A stretch of DNA of 64,000 nt from an uncultured Candidatus Saccharibacteria bacterium. Lineage in GTDB: Bacteria; Patescibacteriota; Minisyncoccia; Phycocordibacterales; PALSA-1337. Positions within the stretch are counted from its first letter, which is position 1. Each line of letters begins with the position of its first letter. Positions 39,910-50,357 of the stretch are shown here, one piece after another. The stretch spans positions 6,812 through 70,811 of the forward strand of contig CAYXPQ010000001.1 of assembly GCA_964467225.1 (NCBI GenBank). Direction: 5' to 3'. The notes beneath the pieces are model-generated. The model searched no databases. It was given only the letters and a program-made list of their open reading frames with translations, and was not told the origin of the DNA. A program made the position numbers and the translations under genes.

Positions 39910-39930
39910 TGTGGATAACTCTGTGGATTA
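39910..39930. promoter_or_regulatory. Tandem DnaA boxes TGTGGATAA / TGTGGATTA upstream of yraN
   Basis: Perfect box at 39910-39918 and a one-mismatch copy at 39922-39930. Confidence 0.45.
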
Positions 39931-40010
39931 TGTTTATTAGACATAAATAATATGGCTTATAATCGTGTCTTTTGTCTTTTTTAATAGTGTTAATTAATTT
40001 ATGAATAATC

Positions 40011-40379
40011 ATGAATAATAGGGAAAAAGGTGATATAGGTGAAGGTATTGCATGTAACTATTTAAAAAATAGGGGATATCTGATACAAAATAGAAATTAT
40101 CGAGAGAAATATGGTGAAATTGATATTATCGCTGTAAAAGATAATATTCTTCATTTTATTGAGGTAAAATCAGTCTATATAGACAAGAGTCATGATAAAT
40201 ATAGGCCAGAGGAGAATGTTCACGATCTCAAACAGAGAAAATTAAGAAGGATTATTCAAGTATATATTAATAGGAACAATCTATCCAATTCAGAATTTAG
40301 ATTTCATGTTATAACAGTAAAAATAGATAATTTTAACAACAAATGTTATATCAAAATGTTAGAAAACATTATTCTGTAG
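40011..40379 (+). CDS. yraN: YraN family (UPF0102) endonuclease
   Basis: GDIGEGIACNYL...GEIDIIA...IHFIEVKS matches the YraN consensus. Confidence 0.85.
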   Translation: MNNREKGDIGEGIACNYLKNRGYLIQNRNYREKYGEIDIIAVKDNILHFIEVKSVYIDKSHDKYRPEENVHDLKQRKLRRIIQVYINRNNLSNSEFRFHVITVKIDNFNNKCYIKMLENIIL

Positions 40380-40415
40380 AGTTTTTTTATATGCTGTGTT
40401 AGTATGATGGAATAT

Positions 40416-40488
40416 CGGAGCGTGGTGTAACGGCTAACATGCTTCTTTTGGGAAGAAGTGACTCCGGGTTCGAATCCCGGCGCTCCGA
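40416..40488 (+). tRNA. tRNA-Pro (anticodon TGG)
   Basis: Acceptor cggagcg/cgctccg. Anticodon stem cttct/agaag with loop tttggga. T-arm ccggg-ttcgaat-cccgg. Confidence 0.85.
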
Positions 40489-40493
40489 CAAGT

Positions 40494-40916
40494 ATGAAGA
40501 AAATATTAAATTTTTTCGACAAATTTGAAGATCGTGTAAGAGGTAATCTAAGTAGGTATCCTATTTTATATACAATAATTGGAAGTATAGCTATAGTTTT
40601 GTTTTGGAGAGGGGTGTGGCATACAGCTGATATGTTACAAGAACAGGGTGGAATCTTAGGATTTATATTCTATGAGCCAGTAAACATGATTTTGGTTGTT
40701 ATTGTGCTTCTGTCTACTGGTCTTTTTGTATCATATTTTATTGGAGATACAATTCTTATTTCAGGTCTTAAACAACAAAAGAAGACAACAGAGAAAACAG
40801 AGAAGGAGATAAAGGATGAAGAGGGAAGACTAGATGAAATAAGGGATTCTATTAAAGAATTGAAGAGTGAAGTTGAAGAAATAATAGAAGTAATAGAAAA
40901 AGTGGAAAAAAAATAG
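40494..40916 (+). CDS. Two-TM membrane protein with charged coiled-coil tail
   Basis: Start reset to MKKILNFF after the tRNA-Pro. 140 aa. Confidence 0.55.
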   Translation: MKKILNFFDKFEDRVRGNLSRYPILYTIIGSIAIVLFWRGVWHTADMLQEQGGILGFIFYEPVNMILVVIVLLSTGLFVSYFIGDTILISGLKQQKKTTEKTEKEIKDEEGRLDEIRDSIKELKSEVEEIIEVIEKVEKK

Positions 40917-40950
40917 AATTCTTGCTAGTATAGATTTTGTTGAAATATAT

Positions 40951-41021
40951 GCGGGATTAGTTTAGTGGTAAAACTACAGTTTTCCAAACTGTTGTCGGGA
41001 GTTCGATTCCCCCATCCCGCA
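40951..41021 (+). tRNA. tRNA-Gly (anticodon TCC)
   Basis: Acceptor gcgggat/atcccgc. Anticodon stem acagt/actgt with loop tttccaa. T-loop ttcgatt. Confidence 0.85.
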
Positions 41022-41026
41022 CAAAA

Positions 41027-41584
41027 ATGCAAATTGAATTTAACAAAGTGACTTGGTATTCAAAATTAGGCGCTTTAATACTATTTATTTTTGTAATTCC
41101 ATCACTAACATTCTATATTGGAAGGAAATATGAAGAAGTACAAAATTTAAGTATTTATACTGAAATTCCAGATTCAAAAATAATAAAATCTTTAAATTCT
41201 GACTATTTAAATTCAACTTATAATATTGATGGTGAGACTATAATCTTGAAAAATGGTAAGGCAGATAATGTAACTATATTTGGCAAGCCAGTAATGGCAG
41301 ATCTTAATGGTGACAATAAAGAAGATGCAGTATTCTTTTTAGTTCAAGATACAAGTGGAACTGGAGTATTTACTTATGTTGTTACATCAATCAGCAAAGA
41401 TGCAGTTTTTATTGGTGATAGGATATCACCTCAGAATATAAATGTGGATAATAAAGGTTTAATTAAGGTTAATTATGTTACTAGGAAAGAAAATGAACCT
41501 TTCAGTGCAGAACCATCTGTTGGTGTAACAAAATACTTTAAAGTCATTAATAGAGAGTTGGTGGAAATAAAAGCTGATCATTAA
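41027..41584 (+). CDS. N-terminally anchored hypothetical protein
   Basis: 185 aa with a TM anchor. Confidence 0.55.
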   Translation: MQIEFNKVTWYSKLGALILFIFVIPSLTFYIGRKYEEVQNLSIYTEIPDSKIIKSLNSDYLNSTYNIDGETIILKNGKADNVTIFGKPVMADLNGDNKEDAVFFLVQDTSGTGVFTYVVTSISKDAVFIGDRISPQNINVDNKGLIKVNYVTRKENEPFSAEPSVGVTKYFKVINRELVEIKADH

Positions 41585-41603
41585 TTTTCGTTACCAGTTG
41601 TTG

Positions 41604-42425
41604 TTAAAAGAAGTCCTTACCTAACTTTATTTTTAATTTCTCCGACTTTATTTTGTTTCTTGATATTTTAATTTTGCTCTTTATTTTTCTTTCAAGAAAT
41701 TTTTTCAATGATTTTATAGTCTCTTCATTAAATGATGTAGTCTTAATATAAAAATTATCAATTTCGTCTGAAATTTTTTTGTCTAAATAAACTTCTGTAA
41801 TATAATCACCAATTACTGTTACATAATAGTTGTTACCCTCAAATACTTTTCTATAATTATATTGAATATGTTGATCATTCAAATCTTTTTTTATTTGTTT
41901 GTCTAAAAAAGTTGTTCCTCCAACATTCATTAAAAAATTCCTCCCACTACCAACAATCTCTTGCAGAAGGTCCTTCTCAGATTTGTTTCGTGCTAAATAC
42001 AACCAGTAATGTGGATCATAGCAGTATATAGATTCATTTTTTGGAGAATTATGCAAAAAAATAGTTTGAGAATGACCCCAAAAGATGTCTAAATTATTAA
42101 GATTTCTAAAAGAGTAGCTTAAATACTCACCATCTTCTAGATTTAGTGCATCAAAAGAATTTTGATTTAAAAGATATTTTTCGTCGGCAAGCTCAAATAT
42201 TCTTTTAAGCTTCTTAATCCATGCTGTATTCAATGAAACTATACCTCTATATACAAGTACTATCTCACTTTTTTTGAGTTTACGAATAATTGCATAGAAT
42301 CCTTGCTTAGTTGTGTTTTTTCTAACTAATTTTACTTCTTCGAGTAGAGTGGTAGATCGTTGCTCGCCTTTTATTAATTTTGAAATAATTATATCTTCAA
42401 TTTTCTTTGGTGTTATTAAATCCAT
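41604..42425 (-). CDS. Hypothetical protein with possible N-terminal winged-helix domain
   Basis: 273-aa ORF with no catalytic motif recognised. Confidence 0.5.
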   Translation of the reverse strand: MDLITPKKIEDIIISKLIKGEQRSTTLLEEVKLVRKNTTKQGFYAIIRKLKKSEIVLVYRGIVSLNTAWIKKLKRIFELADEKYLLNQNSFDALNLEDGEYLSYSFRNLNNLDIFWGHSQTIFLHNSPKNESIYCYDPHYWLYLARNKSEKDLLQEIVGSGRNFLMNVGGTTFLDKQIKKDLNDQHIQYNYRKVFEGNNYYVTVIGDYITEVYLDKKISDEIDNFYIKTTSFNEETIKSLKKFLERKIKSKIKISRNKIKSEKLKIKLGKDFF

Positions 42426-42522
42426 GTAATTAATTATATATAAAAGTAAACAAAATGTTTACTATTTTAGTATAAAACCACATTTATTTGATAATGTACA
42501 GTGGGTATATTATTATAAAAAT

Positions 42523-43323
42523 ATGAAAAATAAAAGATTAATTATAATTTCAGGTGTAACAGGGGCAATAGGTAGCGCTTTATTTGCAGAATATGGTCAA
42601 TATAAGAATAATATTGTTTACGGTATAAGTAGAAAGGCAAGACCAATTAATTCTTTTTTGAAGAATGGCAAATTGCCGTTTAATACGCTAATATGCTCGT
42701 TAGATTCATCAAATGACTACGCAAAACTATTTAGATCAATTGATTATTCATTAATTAGTGAAGTTGTCTATATTCACGCACTGGGTCTTTATCCATTTGA
42801 AGTTGATAATAATGGTCAGATTAAGATAGAGAATGATAATGATGAAGACGGTATTAATGATGAAGTAATGAAATTAACACTAGAATTATTCTCTAAGGTA
42901 ACTGAGAGTTTGCAAGATAATTGGAAGGGAGTAACAAAATGTGTGATTTTCGGTGGAATCGCAGACAAATATACTCCAACAATTCATCAATCATGGTGGA
43001 AAGTGATGGGAATGACCAAAAATTATATGTTGAATCAGGTTAAATTCAAGTCAAAATTATCAATGATACTAATAAATATATCTTCTGTACTATGTCCACA
43101 TGAGGTAATCACAAGGCCATTTGTCTTTACTAATACAGATGCCCAAAAGGAATACTGGTTGCACCCATATAAATTAGCTAAATTTGTGCTAAGTATAGTT
43201 AAAATGGCTTTACCAGGCTATCATGAAGTTGAAAAGTATAAAATTAAGCCGAACTTTCAGATAAATGATTACTATAGGGATGATAATTTCACCCCAAGGA
43301 AAGTAAGAGAGTTATACAAATAA
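42523..43323 (+). CDS. Rossmann-fold NAD(P)-binding protein (atypical SDR/epimerase-like)
   Basis: N-terminal IISGVTGAIGSAL glycine-rich dinucleotide-binding motif. Confidence 0.6.
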   Translation: MKNKRLIIISGVTGAIGSALFAEYGQYKNNIVYGISRKARPINSFLKNGKLPFNTLICSLDSSNDYAKLFRSIDYSLISEVVYIHALGLYPFEVDNNGQIKIENDNDEDGINDEVMKLTLELFSKVTESLQDNWKGVTKCVIFGGIADKYTPTIHQSWWKVMGMTKNYMLNQVKFKSKLSMILINISSVLCPHEVITRPFVFTNTDAQKEYWLHPYKLAKFVLSIVKMALPGYHEVEKYKIKPNFQINDYYRDDNFTPRKVRELYK

Positions 43324-43340
43324 AATACACCAAAAATCAA

Positions 43341-43366
43341 AAAACCACCTGTTATGGCGGTTTTTT
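43341..43366. terminator. Bidirectional rho-independent terminator (aaaaccacc-tgttat-ggcggtttttt)
   Basis: Hairpin with flanking A- and T-runs between convergent genes. Confidence 0.7.
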
Positions 43367-43397
43367 GATTAATAATGGCTCGAGCGAGCTATTATTG

Positions 43398-43670
43398 CTA
43401 TTTTACTGCGTCCTTCAATGCCTTTGCAGCTCGGAACTTTGGAACTTTCATAGATGGAACCTTGATAGATTCACCAGTTCTTGGGTTTCTAGCTTCTCTT
43501 GCTGCTCTTTGCTTTACTGAGAAGATACCAAGTCCTGCAATAGATACTTCCTCACCTTTCTTTAGAGAATCGATAATTGAGTTCAAAACTGTTTCTACTG
43601 CTTGTTCTGCTTGAACCTTTGTTCCTCCAAGCACTGCATGCACTGCATCTACAATTCCTGCTTTATTCAT
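43398..43670 (-). CDS. hup: DNA-binding protein HU
   Basis: 90 aa. GFGxF-like arm ...RNPRTGESIKVP. Confidence 0.92.
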   Translation of the reverse strand: MNKAGIVDAVHAVLGGTKVQAEQAVETVLNSIIDSLKKGEEVSIAGLGIFSVKQRAAREARNPRTGESIKVPSMKVPKFRAAKALKDAVK

Positions 43671-43767
43671 AATTAATTTAATTAATAAGTACTAATAATG
43701 TTTCTAACCTCCATACAATTATATAATAAGCCATTTTTTGCGCAATAGAAGTTTTATTACCCAATTT

Positions 43768-45300
43768 TTATCTTGCAAAGTCAATTATTCGTGTTTCTCG
43801 AATAATCGTAACTTTAATTTCTCCTGGATATTTAAGTTCTTTTTCAATTTTTAGTGCAATATCTCTTGCCATATTCTTTGCCTCTATATCAGTAATTTTC
43901 TCTGGGGTGACAAATATTCTTATTTCACGTCCAGCCTGAAGAGCGTATGACTTCTCGACACCATTAAATGAATTAGCTATAGCTTCTAAATCCCCTAATC
44001 TTCTAAGATAATTTTCAATACTGTCATTTCTGGCCCCAGGTCTAGCTCCTGATATTGCATCTGCTGTCTGAACAATTCTGGATTCTATTGTTTCATAAGG
44101 ATACTCTTCATGATGAGCTTGCATTGCTTTGATGATGTCTTCGTTAGCGCCAAATTTCTGAAGAATTCTTCGTCCAATCTCTACATGCGTACCTGCCACT
44201 TCATGATCTAATGCTTTGCCTAAATCATGTAATAGTGCTCCAGCCTTAGCTACTGCTATATTTGCTCCAATCTCTGTAGCTATCATGCCTGCAATATGTG
44301 ACATTTCTATTGAGTGCTGAAGTACATTCTGACCATAACTTGTTCTGAAGTATAGTCTACCTAGAACTAGTAATATTCTTGGATCAAGACCAATCACTCC
44401 ACATTCATATGCTGCTTGTTCGCCTTTTTCTTTAATTATTTTATTTATATTATTGTGAGCTGATTCAACCGCCTTCTCGATCTTTACAGGTTGTATTCTT
44501 CCATCCTTTATTAATTCTTCTAAGGCGACCTTGGCAATATGTCTCCTTACTGGATCAAATGATGAAATAATTATTGTACCTGGAGTGTCATCTACTATTA
44601 CTTCTACACCAGTCATCCTTTCAAAAGTCTTGATATTTCTACCTTCCTTACCTATTATTTTACCTTTAAGTTCATCATTTGGAATACTTACTGTTGTAGA
44701 CATAATATCTGAAGCAACTGAGTTAGCTAGACGTTGAATAGATGAAGCTAGAATATCCTGAGCTTTTCTCTCAAGTAATTCCTCCCCATTTTGTTCAAAT
44801 TTTTGAATTCTAACTAAGAGGTCTTCTTCAGAATTTTTTTCTATTGATTTTAATAAAGTTTGTTTTGCTTCATCGGTAGTCATCTTGGCTACTTTTTCAA
44901 GAGCTTGAACCTTCTCAGATTCTAGCTTTTCCGCCCTGTCCTTGAGAGATTTTATTTCGGCCATTTTTTCTTTGATTGATTCAATCTCTCTATCTACGTC
45001 TACTTGTCTCTTATCTAATATGTCTTCTTTTTTTATTAATCTTGATTCATATTGCTTAATTTTGTCTTCCTTCTCCTTTATTTCGAAACGAGCTTCTTCT
45101 GTTATCTTTCCTGCCTTTGATTCAGCCTCACTTGTAATTTTCTTTGCTTCTTCCTTTGCTGTTAGAAGCATTTCTTTGATCTCTAGTTCCATTGACCCCT
45201 TTTTACCCAAAGAGATAATAAGTCGAAGGTAATAACCTATGGCTATTCCAGCTATACCCGCAATACTCAAGAGTGCTGCAACTGTTTTTAATGATGTCAT
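43768..45300 (-). CDS. rny: Ribonuclease Y
   Basis: N-terminal TM. Coiled coil. KH domain (GKIIGKEGRNIK). HD domain (HDLGK). Confidence 0.92.
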   Translation of the reverse strand: MTSLKTVAALLSIAGIAGIAIGYYLRLIISLGKKGSMELEIKEMLLTAKEEAKKITSEAESKAGKITEEARFEIKEKEDKIKQYESRLIKKEDILDKRQVDVDREIESIKEKMAEIKSLKDRAEKLESEKVQALEKVAKMTTDEAKQTLLKSIEKNSEEDLLVRIQKFEQNGEELLERKAQDILASSIQRLANSVASDIMSTTVSIPNDELKGKIIGKEGRNIKTFERMTGVEVIVDDTPGTIIISSFDPVRRHIAKVALEELIKDGRIQPVKIEKAVESAHNNINKIIKEKGEQAAYECGVIGLDPRILLVLGRLYFRTSYGQNVLQHSIEMSHIAGMIATEIGANIAVAKAGALLHDLGKALDHEVAGTHVEIGRRILQKFGANEDIIKAMQAHHEEYPYETIESRIVQTADAISGARPGARNDSIENYLRRLGDLEAIANSFNGVEKSYALQAGREIRIFVTPEKITDIEAKNMARDIALKIEKELKYPGEIKVTIIRETRIIDFAR

Positions 45301-45436
45301 ATGCGAATATCAATCCGCTTTTTCGTGACTATAAATCTTAAATGTAATTATTCTAATCATGGTATAATCGGCAATCTAAAAGTCTCTAAAAGTGAAATGA
45401 AAAAATTAAATTTATAACGCCACAACTATATCACGC

Positions 45437-46006
45437 TTAAATTATCTTGTCGATTATACCGTACTTCTTGGCTTCCTCTGCATCCATGAAGAAATTTCTG
45501 TCTACATCCTTTTCAATTTTAGTCAAACTTTGACCTGTATTCTTCGCTAGCATTTTATTTAATGTTTCTCTTGTTCTAAGTATATGTTTAGCACTGATTT
45601 CGATATCTGAAGCTTGGCCTTCAGCACCTCCAAGTGGCTGATGAATCATCACTTCTGAATTAGGTAGGGCAGAGCGCTTTCCCTTTTTCCCTGAAGAAAG
45701 TATTAATGCTCCCATAGATGCTGCTACTCCTACACATACTGTAGAGACATCATTCTTAATGTTATTCATTGTGTCTATTATTGCTAGACCTGCAGTTACA
45801 ACTCCACCAGGGGAATTTATATACATTGTGATATCCTTCTTTGAATCTTCTGCTTGTAAGAATAGTAATTGAGCGATCACAATATTTGCAACATGATCAT
45901 CAATTGGTCCTCCTAGGAAAATAATATTCTCTTTTAATAATCTTGAATATATATCATAAGCTCTTTCGCCCAAATTGGTTTTTTCTATTACGGTTGGTAT
46001 TAACAT
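45437..46006 (-). CDS. clpP: ATP-dependent Clp protease proteolytic subunit
   Basis: Ser-His-Asp triad context: GVAASMGA (catalytic Ser) and ...MIHQP (His). Start reset to MLIPTV. Confidence 0.92.
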   Translation of the reverse strand: MLIPTVIEKTNLGERAYDIYSRLLKENIIFLGGPIDDHVANIVIAQLLFLQAEDSKKDITMYINSPGGVVTAGLAIIDTMNNIKNDVSTVCVGVAASMGALILSSGKKGKRSALPNSEVMIHQPLGGAEGQASDIEISAKHILRTRETLNKMLAKNTGQSLTKIEKDVDRNFFMDAEEAKKYGIIDKII

Positions 46007-46093
46007 AATTTTAAAATTTAATATAAGTAATAATTTCATATTACCTTATGTTTCATATTTGGCAAATTTAATTTTTGGTTATACACTTGCAGT

Positions 46094-46786
46094 ATGAAAC
46101 TACATAGATTTTTTGTTCAAGATAAGTTGAAGAATAAACAAAGTATAACTATTGCCCGTGAGGATCTTCTCAACCAATTAAAGAATGTTTTTCGGTTTAT
46201 TAAAGGTGATCAAGTTATATTATTTGATAATTCTGGTGATGATTTTATATTTGCAATTGATGGATATGTTTCAGATGGGGTTTCATTCAGTTTGATTGAG
46301 GTGCGTAGAAATATTGTTATACCTGTTAGAGAAACATATCTTTTTTCTTCAATTGTTAAAAAAGATAATTTTGAATGGATTACTCAGAAAGCTACTGAAC
46401 TTGGTGTTTCACATATAATTCCCATAGCATCTGATCGTAGTGAAAAGAAGGATTTAAATATGGATAGGATAAATAAAATAATTGTGGAAGCTGCTGAACA
46501 ATCTGGTCGTGGAACATTGCCAATATTATATGAAGTAACTGATTTAAAGTCTGCTCTATCAAATTATGGTCATGTGAAATCCATTGCTTGGGATCCTTCA
46601 GCAACAAAATTTTCTTCAGAGGATATGATTGATTGCATTGGAGCTTATATCGGTCCAGAAGGGGGTTGGTCTCAACAAGAGTTAGAATTGTTCAAGGAGC
46701 GTGGAATGAAAGTTAAATCTTTAGGTCCACAAACCTTGCGCTCTGAGACTGCTGTTATAGCAGTTGTTTCACAACTAGTCTTTTAG
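46094..46786 (+). CDS. rsmE: 16S rRNA (uracil1498-N3)-methyltransferase RsmE
   Basis: MKLHRFFV start and SPOUT-fold C-terminus. 230 aa. Confidence 0.8.
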   Translation: MKLHRFFVQDKLKNKQSITIAREDLLNQLKNVFRFIKGDQVILFDNSGDDFIFAIDGYVSDGVSFSLIEVRRNIVIPVRETYLFSSIVKKDNFEWITQKATELGVSHIIPIASDRSEKKDLNMDRINKIIVEAAEQSGRGTLPILYEVTDLKSALSNYGHVKSIAWDPSATKFSSEDMIDCIGAYIGPEGGWSQQELELFKERGMKVKSLGPQTLRSETAVIAVVSQLVF

Positions 46787-47773
46787 ACTTTCAAGAAACT
46801 GATAGACTTTCTCGTTTGTTAGAACTGTTTCAGCATATGTATATGCGAGCTCATTGTCTGCATCTTTATAATGTGCTAAAATGTGTCTAACTTCTTCCTC
46901 AATTTCTTTTTGATCAACAACAATCTTTTCTAGTTTAACAATGTTGTTGAGGATAAGTTGGAGCTTAGCTTTTTTATCCGCGTGTGGACGCCAGTCTTGT
47001 CTCAAATCTTCAATTGTTTTCTTGGCGTGCTTAAGATAATCCTCTAGGGTTACTCCCATGCGCTTAACATCATCTGAAAACTGAGCTTCGATTCTTCGAA
47101 CTTCGCTGTCAATAAGTAGTTCAGGAATCTCTGTAGATGATGCTTCTAGGATTGCGTCTGAAAGAGCAATTCGCCTTTTCTCCTGCACTTGAAATTTTTT
47201 GTCTTGCACAAGAGCCTCCTTGACTCTTTTTTTAAAGTCATCTGATTCATGATCATGACCAGTATGATCTTCATGTGATGAGACAATTTTTTTGATTGCT
47301 TCTTCTACTTCTGCTTCAGTAACTTCAATTTTTTCTTCTGGCTTTTTTGACTCTTTCTTGGCTATTGATTTGTAGTCAGCCATTTTGATTTCAGGAATGA
47401 CAGCAGTTTTTATCTTAAATTCAAGAGGAATATTTGCAGCAATTTTGGTGATGCTAATTTCTGGTCTACCGATAGCTTCAATATTCTCTTTAATTATTAT
47501 TTCAGGGTAAGCTCGTGATAAAGCAAGTTCTGCCATTTCTTCAAGTATCGCCATTTCACCCACTTTTGAGATTAAGATATTCTCAGGTACCTTGCCTTTA
47601 CGAAATCCATCAACTGTAATTTCATTATTAATATTTTCTAGAGCTTTATTTCTAAATGAAGAGAAAGCTTCAACCTTAATTGACCCCGTGATTTCTACCA
47701 TAGATTTTGGTAGTTTGTTTATTTTTATATTTTCTACTGTTTCAATATTTTTGTTGTTTTTCATGATTTTCAC
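46775..47773 (-). CDS. tig: Trigger factor (short form)
   Basis: GFRKGKVP ribosome-binding signature. 332 aa versus ~430 typical. Confidence 0.85.
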   Translation of the reverse strand: MKIMKNNKNIETVENIKINKLPKSMVEITGSIKVEAFSSFRNKALENINNEITVDGFRKGKVPENILISKVGEMAILEEMAELALSRAYPEIIIKENIEAIGRPEISITKIAANIPLEFKIKTAVIPEIKMADYKSIAKKESKKPEEKIEVTEAEVEEAIKKIVSSHEDHTGHDHESDDFKKRVKEALVQDKKFQVQEKRRIALSDAILEASSTEIPELLIDSEVRRIEAQFSDDVKRMGVTLEDYLKHAKKTIEDLRQDWRPHADKKAKLQLILNNIVKLEKIVVDQKEIEEEVRHILAHYKDADNELAYTYAETVLTNEKVYQFLESLKD

Positions 47774-47868
47774 AGTCTACCTCAAATATCATTTTTAGCA
47801 AGTTGTCAAAACAAAAATCCCATCATTCAAACATGATGAGATTTTTGAAATTAACTCAGCTAATTTTA

Positions 47869-48177
47869 TTAGAAGCTTGCATCTATATCTTTTAATTGAT
47901 TATCTAATTCAGCATCTAGATTGGCTTCATCTGCTTTGATTGTATCTGTATTATTAATATCAACACTATCATTTCTAGGTGGTAATGAAGTAGTGTTGTC
48001 TGTATTTGGAATTAGTTGATTATTATCTAATCTCTTTCCGAAGAAATATAATGCAGCAATTATTATTAATATAACAATGATTAATGTGCCAATTATTGGA
48101 CCGATCTTCTTCTCTTCATTGATTGTTGGTGGCATACCATTCATCATGCCACTTGAATTTTGTGTATTAATATCCAT
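47869..48177 (-). CDS. Small single-TM hypothetical protein
   Basis: 102 aa with a central TM helix. Confidence 0.5.
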   Translation of the reverse strand: MDINTQNSSGMMNGMPPTINEEKKIGPIIGTLIIVILIIIAALYFFGKRLDNNQLIPNTDNTTSLPPRNDSVDINNTDTIKADEANLDAELDNQLKDIDASF

Positions 48178-48192
48178 GTTTTTATTATTTAA

Positions 48193-48921
48193 TTATCTAG
48201 TAGTTGTTGCTTGAGTGTTGGTCGAATTTACTGGTGGTGTACTTGTTGAAGTTACAGGGCTGACATTAGCTATTGTCTTTAATACCACTTTAAGCGAATC
48301 CCTAGCTTCTTTTACCGCCTTTATAGCGTCATCTCCAGTCTTTCTAGGTTTCTCTAAATTTACTTCTGTACTTGTTGAATTTGTGCTTGGAGCTATAGTT
48401 GGTGTAGGAAGATTCGTGAAAACTTCTATTGCAAGCTTAGCTTTAGCGATTTTATCATTTGCAATAGTTAGATCTGCTCTAGCCTTGGTCATATCTCTAC
48501 CTTTACCTTCCAAAAATACAATTCTTTCAAGAATATTTCCGCTAATTTTTGTGAGATTATTTAGACTGGCATTAAGTTCCTTTAACAATGCTTGCTTTCT
48601 CATCTCATAAGAATTCAACTGGATTTTCTTTAGTATTTCACCTCTCTCGTTCTTTAAAATCCTGAATGTAGCGGTAGTTGAGGCTCTAATGTCCTTTCTC
48701 TCATCCTTCAATTCTTTTAATCTCTCGGTAGTCGAAGCTCTTAATTCCTTCCTCTCTTCAATTTTAATGTTTCTAATATCCTTATTCTTTTCGAATTTAG
48801 TTTCAATTTTTTCTTTTACTTGAACAATTCTTTCTCTATCTTCTGCTTTTGCAACATTTAGAGCCACAATTAGACTCAAAATAGCAAAAAATGATGCTAT
48901 ATTTACAGTTTTTAATTTCAT
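48193..48921 (-). CDS. Secreted repeat-containing hypothetical protein
   Basis: Signal peptide. Repeated ERK..RASTT..LKxER units. Thr/Ser-rich C-terminus. Confidence 0.55.
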   Translation of the reverse strand: MKLKTVNIASFFAILSLIVALNVAKAEDRERIVQVKEKIETKFEKNKDIRNIKIEERKELRASTTERLKELKDERKDIRASTTATFRILKNERGEILKKIQLNSYEMRKQALLKELNASLNNLTKISGNILERIVFLEGKGRDMTKARADLTIANDKIAKAKLAIEVFTNLPTPTIAPSTNSTSTEVNLEKPRKTGDDAIKAVKEARDSLKVVLKTIANVSPVTSTSTPPVNSTNTQATTTR

Positions 48922-48990
48922 TTTATTATTTTAATAATTTATTAGCCAATAAATAGTTACAAGCCAGTAACTTTGTTTCTATTATATAAC

Positions 48991-49025
48991 AAAAGAACTA
49001 CTAGCAATAGTAGTTCTTTTTTTTA
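48991..49025. terminator. Rho-independent terminator after nusA (agaactact-agcaa-tagtagttct plus T8)
   Basis: 9-bp perfect stem. A-run upstream and T-run downstream. Confidence 0.7.
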
Positions 49026-49046
49026 ACAATTAATTTTGTTTAATAA

Positions 49047-50186
49047 TTATTCGGCAAACTCTTCTTTAGGAGTAGTCGGGTTTGTTGATTTTATATCTAT
49101 TTTCCACCCAGTTAGTTTAGCAGCTAGTCTTACATTTTGACCACCTTTACCAATAGCTAGAGATTGTTGATCTTCAGAAACATGAACTGTAGCTTTCTTT
49201 TCATTTTCTTCTATATCAATCTTCAGTACTTTGGCTGGAGAAAGTGATTCCTCGATAAATTGAGAAAGATTATCATTCCATTGTATAATATCTATCTTTT
49301 CACCTCCCAATTCACTCATTACTGTAGATACTCTAACTCCTCTTTGGCCAACTAAAGAACCAATTGGGTCAATGTGAGAGTCTTTTGAAACTACAGCGAT
49401 CTTTGATCTTGCACCAGCTTCTCTTGCAATTGCCTTTATTTCAACTATTCCTTGAGCAATTTCTGGCGTTTCAACTTCAAAGAGCTTTGAAATGAAATTT
49501 GGATGTGATCTTGAAAGCTTTAATATTATGCCTTTCGGAGATTCTTCTACAGCATATAGATATGCTCTAATTCTTTCTCCCTGTTTGTAATGTTCCCCTG
49601 GAATTTGATCTTCATAGGAAATAATACCCATAGCTCTTCCCATATCAACAAATATTGATCCTCTCTCTATTCTTTGTACTGTTCCAGAGACTATTTCTCC
49701 ATCCTTCTGACCATATTCATTTAATACAGAGACTTTCTCAGCTTCGCGAATCTTCTGTATAATAACTTGTTTTGCTGTTTGTGCTGCAATACGTCCATAG
49801 TTATCCTTTTGTTCAAGAGGGAAGATTATTTCATCATCTACCTTTGCATCCCTCTTAATCTTCTTGGCGTCAGCCAAAAGGATATGATGCTCAGGGTTAA
49901 ATCTTACTCGAATGCTTTCCTCAGCCATATTTTTGATATCTTGTTCATCTTCTTCGTGATCCATAATTACCTTTGTTTCATCTACAACTATTTTAATTTG
50001 ATAAAATTCAACTTTACCTGACTCGTTATCAAAAATAGCTCTAACAATCTGGCCTTTTTTACCGTATTCTTTCTTATAAGCTGTAGCAAGAGCTAATTCT
50101 ATTGCCTCAAGCATTTTATCCTTAGGAATCCCTCTTTCGTTTTCCATTTGTTGGAGAACTGAGTGTATTACTTTTAAATCGAACAT
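49047..50186 (-). CDS. nusA: Transcription termination/antitermination factor NusA
   Basis: NusA N-terminal domain, S1 domain and KH domains. 379 aa. Confidence 0.92.
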   Translation of the reverse strand: MFDLKVIHSVLQQMENERGIPKDKMLEAIELALATAYKKEYGKKGQIVRAIFDNESGKVEFYQIKIVVDETKVIMDHEEDEQDIKNMAEESIRVRFNPEHHILLADAKKIKRDAKVDDEIIFPLEQKDNYGRIAAQTAKQVIIQKIREAEKVSVLNEYGQKDGEIVSGTVQRIERGSIFVDMGRAMGIISYEDQIPGEHYKQGERIRAYLYAVEESPKGIILKLSRSHPNFISKLFEVETPEIAQGIVEIKAIAREAGARSKIAVVSKDSHIDPIGSLVGQRGVRVSTVMSELGGEKIDIIQWNDNLSQFIEESLSPAKVLKIDIEENEKKATVHVSEDQQSLAIGKGGQNVRLAAKLTGWKIDIKSTNPTTPKEEFAE

Positions 50187-50357
50187 GATTTTGTTATTAT
50201 TTAAGATTTTTATAAAAAATAGCTCGCCTTGAAGCGAACTTAAACATTTATATATTACTATTTTTTATTTTAAAAGTCAAATAGGTATATTATCCCCATA
50301 TTTTTGTCCATATTTTCATAGAATTCTCTGATATAATATAAGGTGAATAGATAACAT

